DNA from: Takakia lepidozioides
Taxonomy: Eukaryota; Plantae; Bryophyta
Direction of reading: 5' to 3'
Assembly (NCBI GenBank): GCA_030704615.1
Contig: CM060731.1
Coordinates: 992,001-1,056,000, forward strand
DNA length: 64,000 nucleotides
The notes beneath the pieces were generated by a model. The model ran no database searches and was not told the origin of the DNA. It was given only the letters and a program-made list of their open reading frames with translations. Numbering within the stretch: position 1 is the stretch's first letter; the number at the start of each line of letters is the position of its first letter. Made by a program: the position numbers and the translations under genes. Below are positions 25,831-38,592 of the stretch, one piece after another.

Positions 25831-28800
25831 TTACTGATTGCGATTAGCAAACCTTTGTGAGTGAGCACCTTTCTGACGTTGAGAGTTTCGTGGCGGACTG
25901 TGTGTTCGAGCCCGAGGTCTGTCACTGGTTGACGGAGATGTTTGAACACTACCCGGATAAGTTAGGCCCTCTGGAGGCTGATATCGAGGTAACCTTTCAG
26001 GCATAGGAGACCCCCGTCGCTTCTTCTCTGCCATCTGAATTGCATAGTCTTTTCCCATGTCAAAAGAATCCGCTGAAGAAACAGTTGTATCAGAATCCTC
26101 ATCGCCTCTCAGGTGTTTTAATTGTCGAACTTTTTGTGGAATCCTCTGGGGCATACAATGTTGTCCTACCATGTCTGGAAGTTTATATTTTAAAACTTGC
26201 TGTAAACGCTGAACAACAAAATTGGTGAAGACACTGAGCTCCTTGTCTGTCCAGGTGAGTGGGGTACCAATTACTTGTGCACCGTGCAAGTATTTCCATG
26301 CCACATGTCCCTTATAGAAAATATCATCAATGCCGAATTTCTGTGTTGACAAATTGTTCCAGGCCGCTTGAAACCATGAACGAATTTGAGAATCCTTTTG
26401 CATCATAACTTTTGCCTCATATAGGTACATATGAGGTGGCACTGAAGGTAAGACCCAATGATCTTCACTGGAATAACTCAGAAAGCGCAATTGCATCTTG
26501 TGCTGCTCAATGTGATAACGTACCAGAAAACAAACAGCGTAGTATAACCCGCATCCCATGACAATACTTGCTACCTCCTTGGTCTTGGTATAAATGAATC
26601 CATGTACAACTTGGAAGGCAATTAATTCCTTCAACATTGTACTTGCCTCATGCCAGTATTGTGCAAAGTGATGATCTTCAATATGTCGATTGTTCGGAAG
26701 AACTTTAGTCCTAGTTGCCACTAGCAGCCAAATACGCATGATTTGGTAGTAATGTGCGAATGGCTGTGGAGGACTAAATTCTTTCCAAGCCAAATCCAAC
26801 ATGATGGGAATTTGGTTGAAGGGCATAATCATAGCCCTACTGTACTCTCTTGCAGCTGGAGTTTTAGGTGGGTTCAAAGCAGCATTGCCCCATACCTCAG
26901 GCTGTGATGGCTGTGGTGTGGTTGTAGTAACAACAGGTTCAGCTACTGGTACAGTGACTTGTTGTGGTGTTGGTGGTACTGGTTCTTGTATCATTGGCAT
27001 CTCCTGCACCTCCTGTGAAGAAGACTGAAAAGCCAAAGTTCTGGCTTGTAAATAAGAAGCCATTAACTGTTCCTCAGGTATATAGGCTCTTTTGTCGATA
27101 TTTGAAGTGAGGTCTTCCACTTGAGTCTGCAGTCCGTCTACATCTTCCTGTAACTCCGCTATCCTACTATAGACATTGTCTATAGTAGTTGTGGCAATGT
27201 TCTGCACTTGGAATCTGAGTTCATTCATCTCGCTTTGGGTGAGCTTTCGTGGTGCTTTTCCCTCCACTGGGCCTTGTGCTAACCAGACCTGCATAAGTTG
27301 GTTATCCACCAAGTTGCTTGTGGTTCCTCTGAGAGTGTGCTCCTCTCTTAGTTTGTACACATCTAATTGCTGTTGTAAATCCTCCATGCGCTTCGCATGA
27401 GGTTCAACCAAATTCGCATAGGCAGCAAGTAGATTATTGGCTTCTTTCCAAGCCTTGTTATTGACCGAGATTTCATTTCTATTGGCCATGATCGTTTGTT
27501 GCAACTCCACGATGTGCTTCTCTTGATCAGCTTCAATCTGCCTGTATTGCTTGAAAGTATCCTCATTGCGACAGATTGTATTCTTCATGTCGACAATGAG
27601 TTTCATTTGCTCAACATTCTCTGCTTCTGCCTTCATATTTTTTTCTGCTTGACTGTTTATTTCTTTTGTAGTTTGGTCAAGCATAGTTGTGAGTGTAGCA
27701 CATTGTATGGCCATCCTGTCATGCACTGTCTGCAACTGCGTATGTAGTGCATTCACTTCTTGCAACTTGCTTTCATGCTGCACCTGCATTTGGTATAGCT
27801 GTTGCTTATGTGCTTCGTGCAACTGGTCTTGCGCGAGGCCTGCCTCAATCAATTGTTCCTTGGCCAATTGCAAAGCCGCTTCTGTATTCTCCAAGTCTTG
27901 CTGCATCTTGAGAGTGACCTCCTCATCGACCTTGTTTGCACACTCAGTGGCTAGTCGAGCCTCAAACTCCTTCCTGAGTTCCTCTCTCAAGGCTGTCAAT
28001 TGGGTAGTTGGAACATGAGATTTGACATAAGTCCCCAACAAATTAAGTGTCCTGCCTATGGAACTCATCAGCATTGCCTGTTGAGGGTCATCATGGTGAG
28101 GTTGCTGCTGTTCCTCCTGATCCTCAACCGTGTGTTGTCTCACGAACCACTCAGGCCATTGTCCCACCGGATTTTCTTCCTGAATTACTTCATCCATCAC
28201 CGGTGCTGCAGTGTCTTGACATTCTACCTGTGGTACCTCCGACATAGGTGTGTGTATTATATGCACCTCAGGATTTCTCTTGGGCAACTATTGCACCTCT
28301 GGAATCTCTGTCTCCTTGACCAGACCAGAATATTCATAGAGAAGGTCCCCCTTCTCAATTTCTACCACTATCTGTTCTGTAGTTGGAATATCTAACCCTT
28401 CTTTTTCCAAATCAATTATTTCTGGTTGAGCTGCATGGACAACTCGTAACCTTGTGACAAGCCGATCATCTGGCTGTGATGGCTGTGATACTGAAGTAAC
28501 TTCCTCTTCCCTCTCTGAAGGTCCTGCTTCTAGTAATAGCAGTTCTCTATGCTGCTGTGCCCCTTCCTGCACAAAAACTTGGGAAACATTATTATGCGGA
28601 TTCCTTGAAGCCAGTGGATCCGCCACTACAGTCTTTCCGCGCCTCTGTCTCTTATTCTTGTGTTGTCCTGCCATTCCACCCTCACTGTGTGAAGAGCCTG
28701 ACTCTTCCATTGCAGTGGTTTCTGGCTCAAACACTCACATCTCATTTCTTTCTCGAGCATCAAGGATGCCAGAATCAAGAATTATTTGAGCAATGATTGG

Positions 28801-29383
28801 GCCAGACACTATGATAGGAGACTTTGCGGCAGTACCCTGTAATCTTTTCATCTCCTCTACCAGTGCGTTGTACATTATGTCCGCCCATTCTACCTCTTCT
28901 CCTCAGGGCTTTGAGTATTTCCTCTGTGAAGGATCTGCTCAAATACTGTTGGTTCTGTTTCATGGCAAACAGAACGTTCAATACCTGGCCTACCTCTTTA
29001 AGCCCTGGGTACACGGCCTTGGTACAAGCATAACCCTGAGTTTTAAAGAAACTCCCTTCTTGGAATAAGTCCCATATTTGCAGTCTTGCCCTGTGCTCCT
29101 CCACATGCACCTGGCCTGCTGGCAATCGAAACAATTCCTGTAGGTATAGGGGAGTAATTACTAATTCAACTCCCTTCACCGTTGTTGCTCCTGTCCTTGG
29201 CTCAAAGTTCTGTAAAAATTGTAACATGTACTGTCTATGGTGCAATGTCCAATCTTTGCTTTGCAATCCTTGCAATCTCAGCTCCTTCAGTATTTGCATC
29301 GCCTGTGGGGTAGCAATTGTTTGTTTCTGCAGAATTGTGGTGCTCTTCACCCTGATTTCCTCCATTCCTCTCACTCTCTTCAT
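25831..29383 (-). pseudogene. Extra ORF (about 1180 codons) between pol and PPT of element B: Transposase_32/PTTA-like helical N-terminus, long coiled coil, unknown C-terminal domain
   Basis: ORFs 28288-28734 and 25831-28287 are in frame across one TAG. They link to the upstream part through a TGA at about 28735 and a frameshift at about 28900. Pattern QFLQNF...VKGVELVIT...LFRLPAG...VEWADIMYNAL. Confidence 0.7.
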
Positions 29384-30095
29384 TCTAGACCCACAGAACT
29401 GTTTTGGCTGTAACAATTGAAGAAATGCCTGTAGTGCACAAAGCATAAACGTATGGTTGCCACAAAAAGCTATGGATAATTTCTTGTAAGCCTGTGGAGC
29501 TTGCAAGCATCGATCAAGAGAAAAGCTCCGCTCTGTTCTTTCGTGTCTATGCCACTGCGTAAGTAATATTGCGAGCGTATAGTCTGTTAGTTCCTCCATA
29601 GTTTCCAAGCTATAGCATCGATGGTCTGTCCCGTCGAGACGCCCGTTACTTAGAACGACGCCGCCTCTTGCGCTTAATTTCCCTCCAATTTCTTGATCCT
29701 TTCTCTGGCTTTCTATTGGCTGTAACCGCTGTGACTGGATTTTAGATTTCATTTTCTTTAGTGGACTTTCCCTGCTGGATAGTCCACTAGGATCACACAT
29801 GTGAGAAGAATTTCGCTTTTCTGTACTTGTTGTTTGTTCCGTTCCTTTTTTTCCGTATTCATTAATGGGCCCGCCATTCATCCAAATTGACGCGCTAAAT
29901 AGGTACTTTGACGGCCATCTTTGTCCTCTTTCTTGATGACACCTGTTCTTGCACTTCCTTCTCAGCTGTGTGTCGCGCCCTGACTTCCACGTGTCTATTT
30001 TTAAACTGGTTTCCGTCTTTTCTTCCGTCAGCCATTTTCCTGAAGTTATTGTGCGCCCACCTGTCACTGTTTCTATGGATCGTGTAACCCTAATA

Positions 30096-30447
30096 GGCTG
30101 TGTTGAGCTGTGACAGGCTGTGTCATACTGTGGTACACTGTGATAGGCTGTGATGCACTGTGATAGGCTGTGACACGCGGTGGTAGGTTGTGATAGGTTG
30201 TGTTGCGCCGTGCTGGGCTGTGATAGGCTGTGTCACGTTGTGATGGGCTGTGATAGGCTGTGTTTCGCCTTGATAGGCTGTGATAGGCTGTGTCACGTCG
30301 TGATGGACTGTGATAGGCTGTGTTTCGCCTTGATGGGCTGTGATAGGCTGTGTTTCGCCTTGATAGGCTGTGATAGGCTGTGTCACGTCGTGATGGACTG
30401 TGATAGGCTGTGTTTTTCCTTGATGGGCTGTGATAGGCCGTGTCACG
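30096..30447. repeat. 30-bp higher-order tandem array of 10-bp TGATAGGCTG subunits
   Basis: About 11 units. Translates as the repeated TAYHS peptide in a shadow ORF. Confidence 0.95.
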
Positions 30448-30588
30448 CTTGTTCTGCCCGCCTTGGTCATATATGCTTGGCCTAGCGACAAATGCTCCAT
30501 ACTCCGTTGGTAACACTGGCGCAGCCCGTGACTGCTCTTGCGTTTCAACATGCAAATCATGCTGCAATGGTTTGTCATGGATACCACT

Positions 30589-30697
30589 GTATCCCTTTAA
30601 CTTATTGGCATTGACTCTTCCCAACATTTCTTTGTTAATGGTTTGTAACATGGCGGTGTTGTTATCATACATCTTCCCATAGTGGTCCTGATCATTG
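30589..30697 (-). mobile_element. Gypsy integrase C-terminal (GPY/F) remnant of element B
   Basis: Reads *SGPLW then, after a frameshift, YDNNTAMLQTINKEMLGRVNANKLKGY, matching the WxGP...VNxxxLKxY integrase tail. Confidence 0.6.
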
Positions 30698-30759
30698 TTT
30701 CTTCTTGGCTGGGGCTGCACCTGATGCACCCTTACTTGCCTAGGTTCTCTTGCAGCTGT

Positions 30760-33700
30760 CCTTCTGGCTCTGGGGGGACAGGGAGTGTGGGAAGTAGTGC
30801 AACTGAAGCTGGGAATACTGTGAATATCGTGGGGCCAGTAACAGGGAGTGCTCAAGGGCCACCACTTGGTGGAGAATCCACCACAAAAACAACAGGTCCT
30901 GAAGGACCAGCACCAGCAAGGGTGCCAACACCTGTCAGTGGGCAGAAGGTAGGGCCACAGATGGCGTTACAACCAACACGGGCAAAACCACCCTTTCCAA
31001 TATATTCAGGGAAAGGGGATCCCGATGTACACATTAGCCAATTTGAGCACATGTGTATAGTGAACAATGAGAATGGCGATGATGCCAAGATGAGATTGTT
31101 TCCTTGTTCACTTATCAAGAAAACAAGTGAATGGTATGAAAGATTCCCTGATAATCATTTCCTAACCTGGAATGGCTTGAATACATCATTTCGAAATAGG
31201 TTCAGGACAAGTAAAACTGAGGATGAAGTGTATGGAAGTTTACAACAGTTAAAGCAAAAGAAGCATGAAACTGTTGAGGAGTATATGGAAAAGATGGAAT
31301 TGATGATGAAAAAGCTGGCTGCAGTACCAGCACCCGGTTTACAGAAGACTTGGTTTGTGAGTGGACTAAGACCAGAGTTGCAAAAGAAAGTGGATATGTT
31401 ACCCCATAATACAGTGGAGGAGGCATTTGAACTGCAAACAAAATTGAGCAATTGGGAATGCTCAGGAGAGAGAAAATGGATGATGAGGACTCTGAGGATG
31501 AGTCAGATGAAGAAGAAGAGCAAGAACTAAAAAGGAAGAGTAAGAGAAAGGAGAAGCTGAAGAGGGATAACTATGAAAAAAGATTGGAAGAAATCTTGAA
31601 GAAGTATGCCACAGAGGCTGCAACACATTGGAGGAAGGGTGTTTGGTGTGCAAAGTGCCAGAATGAAGGCCATACCACCACAGAATGCCACATGAAGGAG
31701 AAACAATGTACTATCTGTAAAATGGATAACCATTCCCTCTCATGCATGACCAAGTAGTCTCCCCGTGAAGTGTTTCCAAGAATCCCCCTTCTCAGTCCTT
31801 GCTTCTCCCTTTATCTTCCTACCCGTGGCTCTAACCGTTTCCCTCACTAACCGTCGTCCGTGAACTAACATGTTCCATTTGCAGGTGTTGTTCCCCACAG
31901 TCGTTCCCTGTCCTACTCTCCGTTCCCTATGGTCGTGACAGCTGTGTCAAGCTGTGACTGGCTGTGTGAAACTGTGACGGGTTGTGACCGGCTGTGTCGG
32001 GCTGTGACTGGCTGTGCGACTGTGTTTGGCTGTGTCGGGCTGTTACTGGCTGTGTGGCTGTGTCGGCTGTGACGGGCTGTGTTGGCTGTGATGGGCTGTG
32101 TCGGGCTGTGTTGGCTGTGACGGGCTGTGTAACCCCCTTCTAAAGTGCGCTGCTGTCACCCCTAAGGCTCCTGGTCTTAGTCTGTGCAAAAATTAAGGGT
32201 ACCCTACAGATCCTGAAGAAGAACGGAAACAATATCCAGAAAGTGCAGCATGGCAGGAGGAAAAGAGCTTACACCAGGAAGTAAGTAAAGCCATAGCTCA
32301 AATGCAAGAGGGAACCCATATACCTTCTGGAGAGCCAACTCCAGATAAACAAATCAAACCAACGGTGAAGACCATGAATACAACCACGAAAACAGAATTG
32401 GCCGAAGTAATCTGCCAGACCAAGACCCAAATTACCATTGGACAATTATTAAAAATTGCTCCACTCTGCAAAAAAACTTTATTTTGGGCAATCGAGGCAT
32501 TGACCCCCACACCAAAACAAAAACCAACACCAGAGGTTTACGCGATTAGACCCACAATTATACGACAAACTCCAGATTACGACGAAGCAGTACCCGTAAT
32601 ACAAGTACGTATTGGACGGAAGATGCTAACGAATGTACTCATCGATGGAGGATCCGGAGTGAATATCATGACAGAAAAGATGAAGAAGTCACTAGGATTG
32701 GGGCACATGGAACATGCTCCATTCACGGTACAAATGGCTGATCAACGAAAAGTGCAGCCATTGGGGATCATCAGATGACTTGCAATGGAAGTAGCAGGAC
32801 TGGTATACGAAATATCAGTAACCATTCTCAGAATGGAGGATGTGGCAAAAGGATATTCGCTACTACTTGGCCGACCATGGTTAACACAAGCCCAATCACA
32901 CCACGATTGGGGAAGTCAGACTCTCACAATAAAAAAAGGAGCAGAACAAGTCACCATCACTACAAAGCAACGAGGTACCATTCCACGAGAGAAACGACCT
33001 TGCATAGTGGAAGAATATGATTGGTCCAGTGGACTATCGGATGAAGAAGAAGCCACAGTATACGCAGCACATCCACAGTTGGACCCTATTGGACAACTGG
33101 TGGTCAAGCATACCACAACAGTAGGATGTCACATGGTGAACACCCAAGGAGAACCAGATACTTCGAGAACTGAAGATCCAAAGGAAGAAGCGATGGACAC
33201 ACCTCAACACCCGGCCCGTTTCTATCAAGAAAGGGAAGAAGACATTCAAATCAGTGAAGTACTTGCCACAATTGCAACCATCGGACAAGAGATTGCAGGA
33301 TGGACAGTAACGGAAGAAACTCAATTGATTCAAGTGAATCTGGGAACATGGGGAGAACCACAGATAATACGAGTAAGTGCAGGTCTTGAAGAATCATTTC
33401 TACAAGAACCTACTGCATTACTCACTGATTACAAGGATGTATTTGCTTGGAACTACAAAGATTTGAAGGGTATACCTTCTTATCTTCTAATATCTGTCAG
33501 CACCGAATTGAATTGGAAGGTGACACAAAACCAATTCGTCAGAACCGTTACAGAATGAACCCCAACTATGCAGCTAAAATTTGGGAAGAAATCAAGAAGT
33601 TACTGGATGCAGGATTCATATACCCAGTAGAGACACCACAATGGTTATCGCCCATTGTGATAGTACCCAAGAAAAATGGAAAACTGCGAGTGTGTGTGGA

Positions 33701-34860
33701 CTACCGCAAGTTAAACGCAGGAACCAAGAAAGACCCCTTTCCACTACCTTTTACTGAAATAGTGTTGGACACAGTGGCTGGACATGAGATGTACTCATTC
33801 ATGGATGGGTTTAGTGGGTACAACCAGGTGCAGATGGCAGAAGAAGACTGAGAAAAAACCGCATTCATCACTGAATGGGGAGCCTATGCTTACAAAGTCA
33901 TGCCATTTGGACTTTGCAATGCACCAGCCACATTTCAACGAGCAGTATCCGAGATATTCAAGAACTATCTCAACGATTTTATGCAGGTATTTTTGGATGA
34001 TTTCAGTGTCTTCGGACAGAAATCCAAACATTTGGCACAGTGAAAACTTTGCCTACAAGCCTGCAGAAACAATGGAGTAAGTCTCAACCTGGAAAAATGT
34101 ACATTTTGTGTGAATTCAGGATTATTATTGGTGCCAACAGGGAATTGTGGTAGATCCAAAGAAAGTGGAGGTTATCCAGAACATACCACCACCAGAAAAT
34201 CCCAAGAAACTCAAGAGATTTCTGGGACAGACGAGCTATTACAGAAGGTACATGGACAAATATGCTCACAGAGCGGCACCAGTCTATAGACTACTGAAGC
34301 AAGATGCTGAATACCGATGGTCTCTAGCTTGCCAGGAATCATTTGATTCACTAAAAAGGGCACTCACAACAGCACCAATTCTGATAAATCCAAGATGGGA
34401 TTTACCATTTCATGTACACAGTGATGCATCAGGCATTGCTTTGGGAGCAGTTCTAGCTCAGAATGTGACAGACACAATAGATTCACCAATCTATTATGCA
34501 AACAGATTGTTAACAGCAGCAGAAAAGAACTATAGCACCACAAAGAGAAGCATTGGCAATGATTTATGCTGTTCAAAATTTTTGGCATTATTTACTTGGC
34601 AATCGCTTTAAGTTTATTGTTGATCATCAGGCTCTAGTTCATTTAGCAAATCGACCACTAGCTAGTGGTAGGGTTGCTCGATGGTTATTACTTCTTCATG
34701 AGTATGACTTTGAAGTTGTTCATAAACCAGGGAGATTACATGTTACAGCAGATCATCTGTCAATGATTACTACAGGAGAACCAGCCACGGGGGTAGAGGA
34801 TCAACTTCCCGATGCATTTCTGTTTGCTGTTCAACCAGTAGCACCAGATGAACAGACAGA
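30760..34860 (+). mobile_element. Ty3/Gypsy gag-protease-RT-RNaseH (element C), disabled and truncated before integrase
   Basis: Gag capsid, zinc knuckle CAKCQNEGHTTTEC, protease LIDGGSGVNI, RT (WLSPIVIVPKKNGKLRVCVDYRKLN, DGFSGYNQV, MPFGLCNAPATFQR, FLDD) and RNaseH (HSDASGIALGAVL, DHQAL). Many stops and frameshifts. Confidence 0.95.
31735..32208 (+). repeat. 474-bp copy of 25249-25751 inserted into the gag of element C
   Basis: Near-identical to the source, with a few substitutions and one 29-bp repeat unit missing. Interrupts the second zinc knuckle CTICKMDNH. Confidence 0.95.
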
Positions 34861-36099
34861 TCCGCTGATGTGACACTCCCCAGATTTGTTTGCAGTCACA
34901 GCAGTGCTACCTGCACTCCTTCCTCCTTCTCTCAGCTTTATGTTATCAGACCCCTTTCTAGCAGCAAAACCCTTGTTGTACTTCAGCATTTTTCTCTTTT
35001 CGCTGTCCTTCTTTTGCTTTTGCAATTTTCTCCATGCTTGGATAGTTACCCGTCTCCTCAGTTGATCCCTTTGCCTTCTGTTCCTAACCTTGATCAAACC
35101 GCCATTGCCCATAACAGCTCCCTTTGTTGTGAGCCTCCTTCTGTGTTCAGCCTTTATTGCCGGTTCCCGTTCGTGGTACCATTGCTTGGCACCCTCAACC
35201 GTGTGTTGCTGTTCAGGTGCGCTTTGCCTCCCAATTTCCAGAATTTGCCTAAGAAAGACAAGTCCTCTTTCACCATTCTCAAGGTTAGCATGCTGTTTTA
35301 CTTGCCTCCTCAAAACTTCCAACTCTCCCTTTGGTTCTCTTTCTTGCTGCTCAGCCAAGAAAGACTCTTCATGTGCCAAAATTCCTGACTTGCTAAGCCA
35401 ACAAGCTTGCACTCCCTCTTCCTCAGGTCTGAACACTCCATGACCTCATCACCCACCATTTGACCTTCCCTTTCTGTATGATCCAAAGGCTGCTCCTGTA
35501 TTCTTTCAGGTGTCATTCCATCCCCTTTGCTCAGCATTAATGCCATAGTCTCATTTTGGACATTGTCTTCATAAATCCCTTTGCCTCTGACCCTGTTTCC
35601 TTGTCTTCCACAACAGGTTTTTGTGCAAGAGGTGGCAGACATTCAAGCTCATACTTCTGCCCTGACTAGCTGAAATCACCAACCTGCTGCGATCTTGCTG
35701 CTCCACGACCAAGCCAGCATCATCTGCTACTTCCGGTGGCTCTTCCTTACGAATCGAAGTTGTCTCCCCATTCACCTTCCTTGTAATCCAGTCTTCAAAA
35801 CCTAAATCTTCAGAGGTGGGAGTGCTGACTTTCTCTTCTAACATTGCAGCCTCTGTCTGACTCTGCACTCTTACTTCAGCCTCGCCAGACTTGTGAATAA
35901 GAGCATTGTCAGTTGCTGGGTTCCGATCTTGTGTACAGCTCCTTTCATTTTGACATGGGTGATCAACCACCCATCCTTCCATGGAACCAGCAGGCGAAGT
36001 TGCTGAAATAGTCACAATAGCAGCCAGGTCAAATCTCAGAAACAGCAAAGGAGAATGAGGGTGAGCGAGAGAAGACGATCCCACATACCAAGGTGTCGG

Positions 36100-36575
36100 T
36101 GTTAAAGGTCATTCTCAGATTGTAGAGGCAACTCAACAGCATGTTTCACCTGCTGACCAAGAACTAAGCATTCCTGAAAGTTGGAAACTGAATGTGATCC
36201 ATATTCACAAGAGGAGACTAGTGAAGGGGGAAAGTTTGAAGTGTCAACATTCAAGAAGCTTCCACGGGATCAGTTCACACCCAAATAGGCCTTGAAAACA
36301 GAGGTACTTGTAACTCCAAAGAAGGAGACATTTAAAACTATTGACGGCGCGGCTGGGCGTGAAGGAGTAATTGGGTGGAAGCACCAGACCTCCCAAACAA
36401 ACTAGTACCTGCGAGAAGTGGGCACATGATAAGGAGACGATAATCAGGAGATAGTTGTGATTCAGGCACAGAGGCTGATACATTACAAAGAGTAACTTGC
36501 AAGCTGAAGAAGGCAATCACTGTGAAAACTCACATAGGGAGAAGTACTCTAAAACGAAGGTCGGTTTAACTAACA
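36100..36575 (+). mobile_element. Possible Ty1/Copia RNaseH tail, PPT and LTR remnant
   Basis: Degenerate ...QQH..LLTKN...FLK...KLNVI, then GTGAAGGGGGAAAG, then about 340 bp ending TAACA. Confidence 0.35.
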
Positions 36576-36614
36576 CTATGACGTACACAACCAACCCGGC
36601 TGGAGTAGATGTTC

Positions 36615-36830
36615 CAAGCTGAAGATGTCGTGGCCTGGATTGAGAGGTTGCAAATGGCTACTGACGTTGCGAATATACGGAGGGAAAGGCTATTCCAAGT
36701 AGCAAGGCTGAGTCTCTTAGGAAAGACCGATAATTGGTACAGAATGCAATGACCTAGACCTGCAAACTGGAAAGAACTGCGGATAGGTTTGTTGAGGAAG
36801 TTCAGTGGAATGGAGTCAGCAAAACTCAGT
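36615..36830 (+). mobile_element. Retrotransposon gag-like fragment
   Basis: EDVVAWIERLQMA...RLFQVARLSLLGKTDNWY...PANWKELRIGLLRKF, with one stop. Confidence 0.6.
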
Positions 36831-36924
36831 TTGGTAGTGGCTGGGATACAGGAGGAGGAAGATCACTATCCCGCAAAGGTGGTCAACGTGTTGACATCTT
36901 CCGATCTTTCTCAACTTCTGGCTT

Positions 36925-37009
36925 GTTGCAAGGTGTGCGGATTATGCATCCTTACTTCAGCCTTTCTACCTCTTGCGTCATCACAGGCATAATCCGCACA
37001 CCTTGCAAC
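36925..37009. repeat. Perfect 23-bp inverted repeat with 39-nt loop
   Basis: GTTGCAAGGTGTGCGGATTATGC (36925-36947) and GCATAATCCGCACACCTTGCAAC (36987-37009). Confidence 0.95.
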
Positions 37010-37443
37010 CTCGAACAGTACTGACCAAGATCCGCCTTCAGGTGAAATTCCTTTCTCTTCCTCCTGTCAGTTCATCATGTCAGGCCTGATCACCATTCCA
37101 TGGACCAAGTTGTCCTCCATCCCAAAATCCTTGAGCGAACTCCATTCCTGTCCAAATCTCTTGAGTGTAGGACACTATTCAGAACCACCATCCCTTCATG
37201 GCTAAACTGCAGCGCCAGCCACTCAGCTTGTGCTCTCCTCAATAGTGCATATGCTAGGTCCACAAGTAAGCCTAGCATTCTCTGACAGGAATGAAATCAG
37301 CTCCTCCCTCTTGTCATCACCTGTTGTCTTTACTGCCCACCATCCTTCCTTGTGGTCTCTTCCCCTTGGAGCTGATCTCTCCATCTCCTAAAAGCTCAAA
37401 TCAATTTGCTAGTGACACTATAACAAATGGTCCTTTGACCGAT

Positions 37444-37455
37444 GCTCTGATACCA
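37444..37455 (-). other. tRNA-iMet primer-binding site of a minus-strand LTR element
   Basis: The minus strand reads TGGTATCAGAGC. No adjacent LTR end could be recognised. Confidence 0.6.
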
Positions 37456-37811
37456 AAAAGAGGGGGCTCCATGTACTTCTTGCTGTCACATGTCCCACTT
37501 CACTAATGCTCAAGGAATAGATGCTGCTGCAGCGGAAGATGAAAACAACATCCAGTCCCCTAGCTATTTCTCTTTCCTTCTCTCTACGTTTTCACAATCA
37601 CTCTTTTTGTTGTTTATTTGTTTTCTTCTATTTCATCCAAAGCAAAAGAAGTCAGCACTTGATGGTTCATCTGATCCGTGTATCCGCACGTTCCACCTTC
37701 TTGATCTGATCGTTACATCCCAGTTCTCATGGCTGCACTGTCAATCTGCCCCAACAGGTTGGACTGCATGATACTTGATGCTTGACGTATGTAGTTCTTG
37801 CAAGTTCTCTA

Positions 37812-37941
37812 CAAAGAGGACTCCTTCATGCACTCGTTTTCAGACTACATACCACTCTCATTCTTGAGCAACACTCAAAGAGGACTCCTTCATGCACTCG
37901 TTTTCAGACTACATTCCACTCTCATTCTTGAGCAACACTCA
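37812..37941. repeat. 65-bp tandem duplication
   Basis: CAAAGAGGACTCCTTCATGCACTCG...GAGCAACACT occurs twice with about one difference. Confidence 0.95.
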
Positions 37942-38592
37942 TCGCTGAAAAGAAAGCAAGACTCCTAATTTACAATGCTTCCACTTTCAGTCGAGAATAC
38001 CATGGATAACACCAACATCTCACTCCACTTTATTGCCAACACCACCTTCACACCATCTCCGTGTTCTCCATCTCCCTCGCTTCCTACTTTTAGTCCTACC
38101 CAAAAGAGGTCTTCCTCCCCTATCCTTCATTCCTAAATCCCCTTCAGCCACCCCTTCCACCGGACGGTGCGTTGCCTACTTCATAAATTTGTCATGCTGG
38201 TGTCATGTGAACTTCTCTAAGGTCTTAATGCAAACTTGCGGGTATTACTCCCCCTTTCAAGTTGCATGCATGCGACAAAGGCCTTAGTCTAGTTGCCGTT
38301 CTGCTATAATAATTTGCCAACTACCAATTTGTCACTAGTTGGATGAACTTTATCGGTTCATCCAATTTTGCCAGCTGATCCCTTCTCCATCCATCACGCC
38401 CCATGAATCTACGCAATGAACATATTTTTGCCCCTTTACTTCATTCGCATTCATCCTTGATTTAGTTCGGATGAATTGTTGCCTCGCACCTTCATCTCCT
38501 GGCCATTCATCCAGCCCTCGTCACCCGACAAGTATCCCGACCGAATCCATGTCCAAAAAGTAAACACACGTCCCCGCGTTTTTACCCTACAG

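Noticed and set aside
30073-30855. 260-aa ORF with TAYHS repeats
   Set aside because: A translation of the tandem array fused to integrase and antisense gag remnants.
34870-36085. Minus-strand charged low-complexity ORFs as a gene
   Set aside because: Fragmented, with no recognisable motif; probably retroelement-internal but not assignable.
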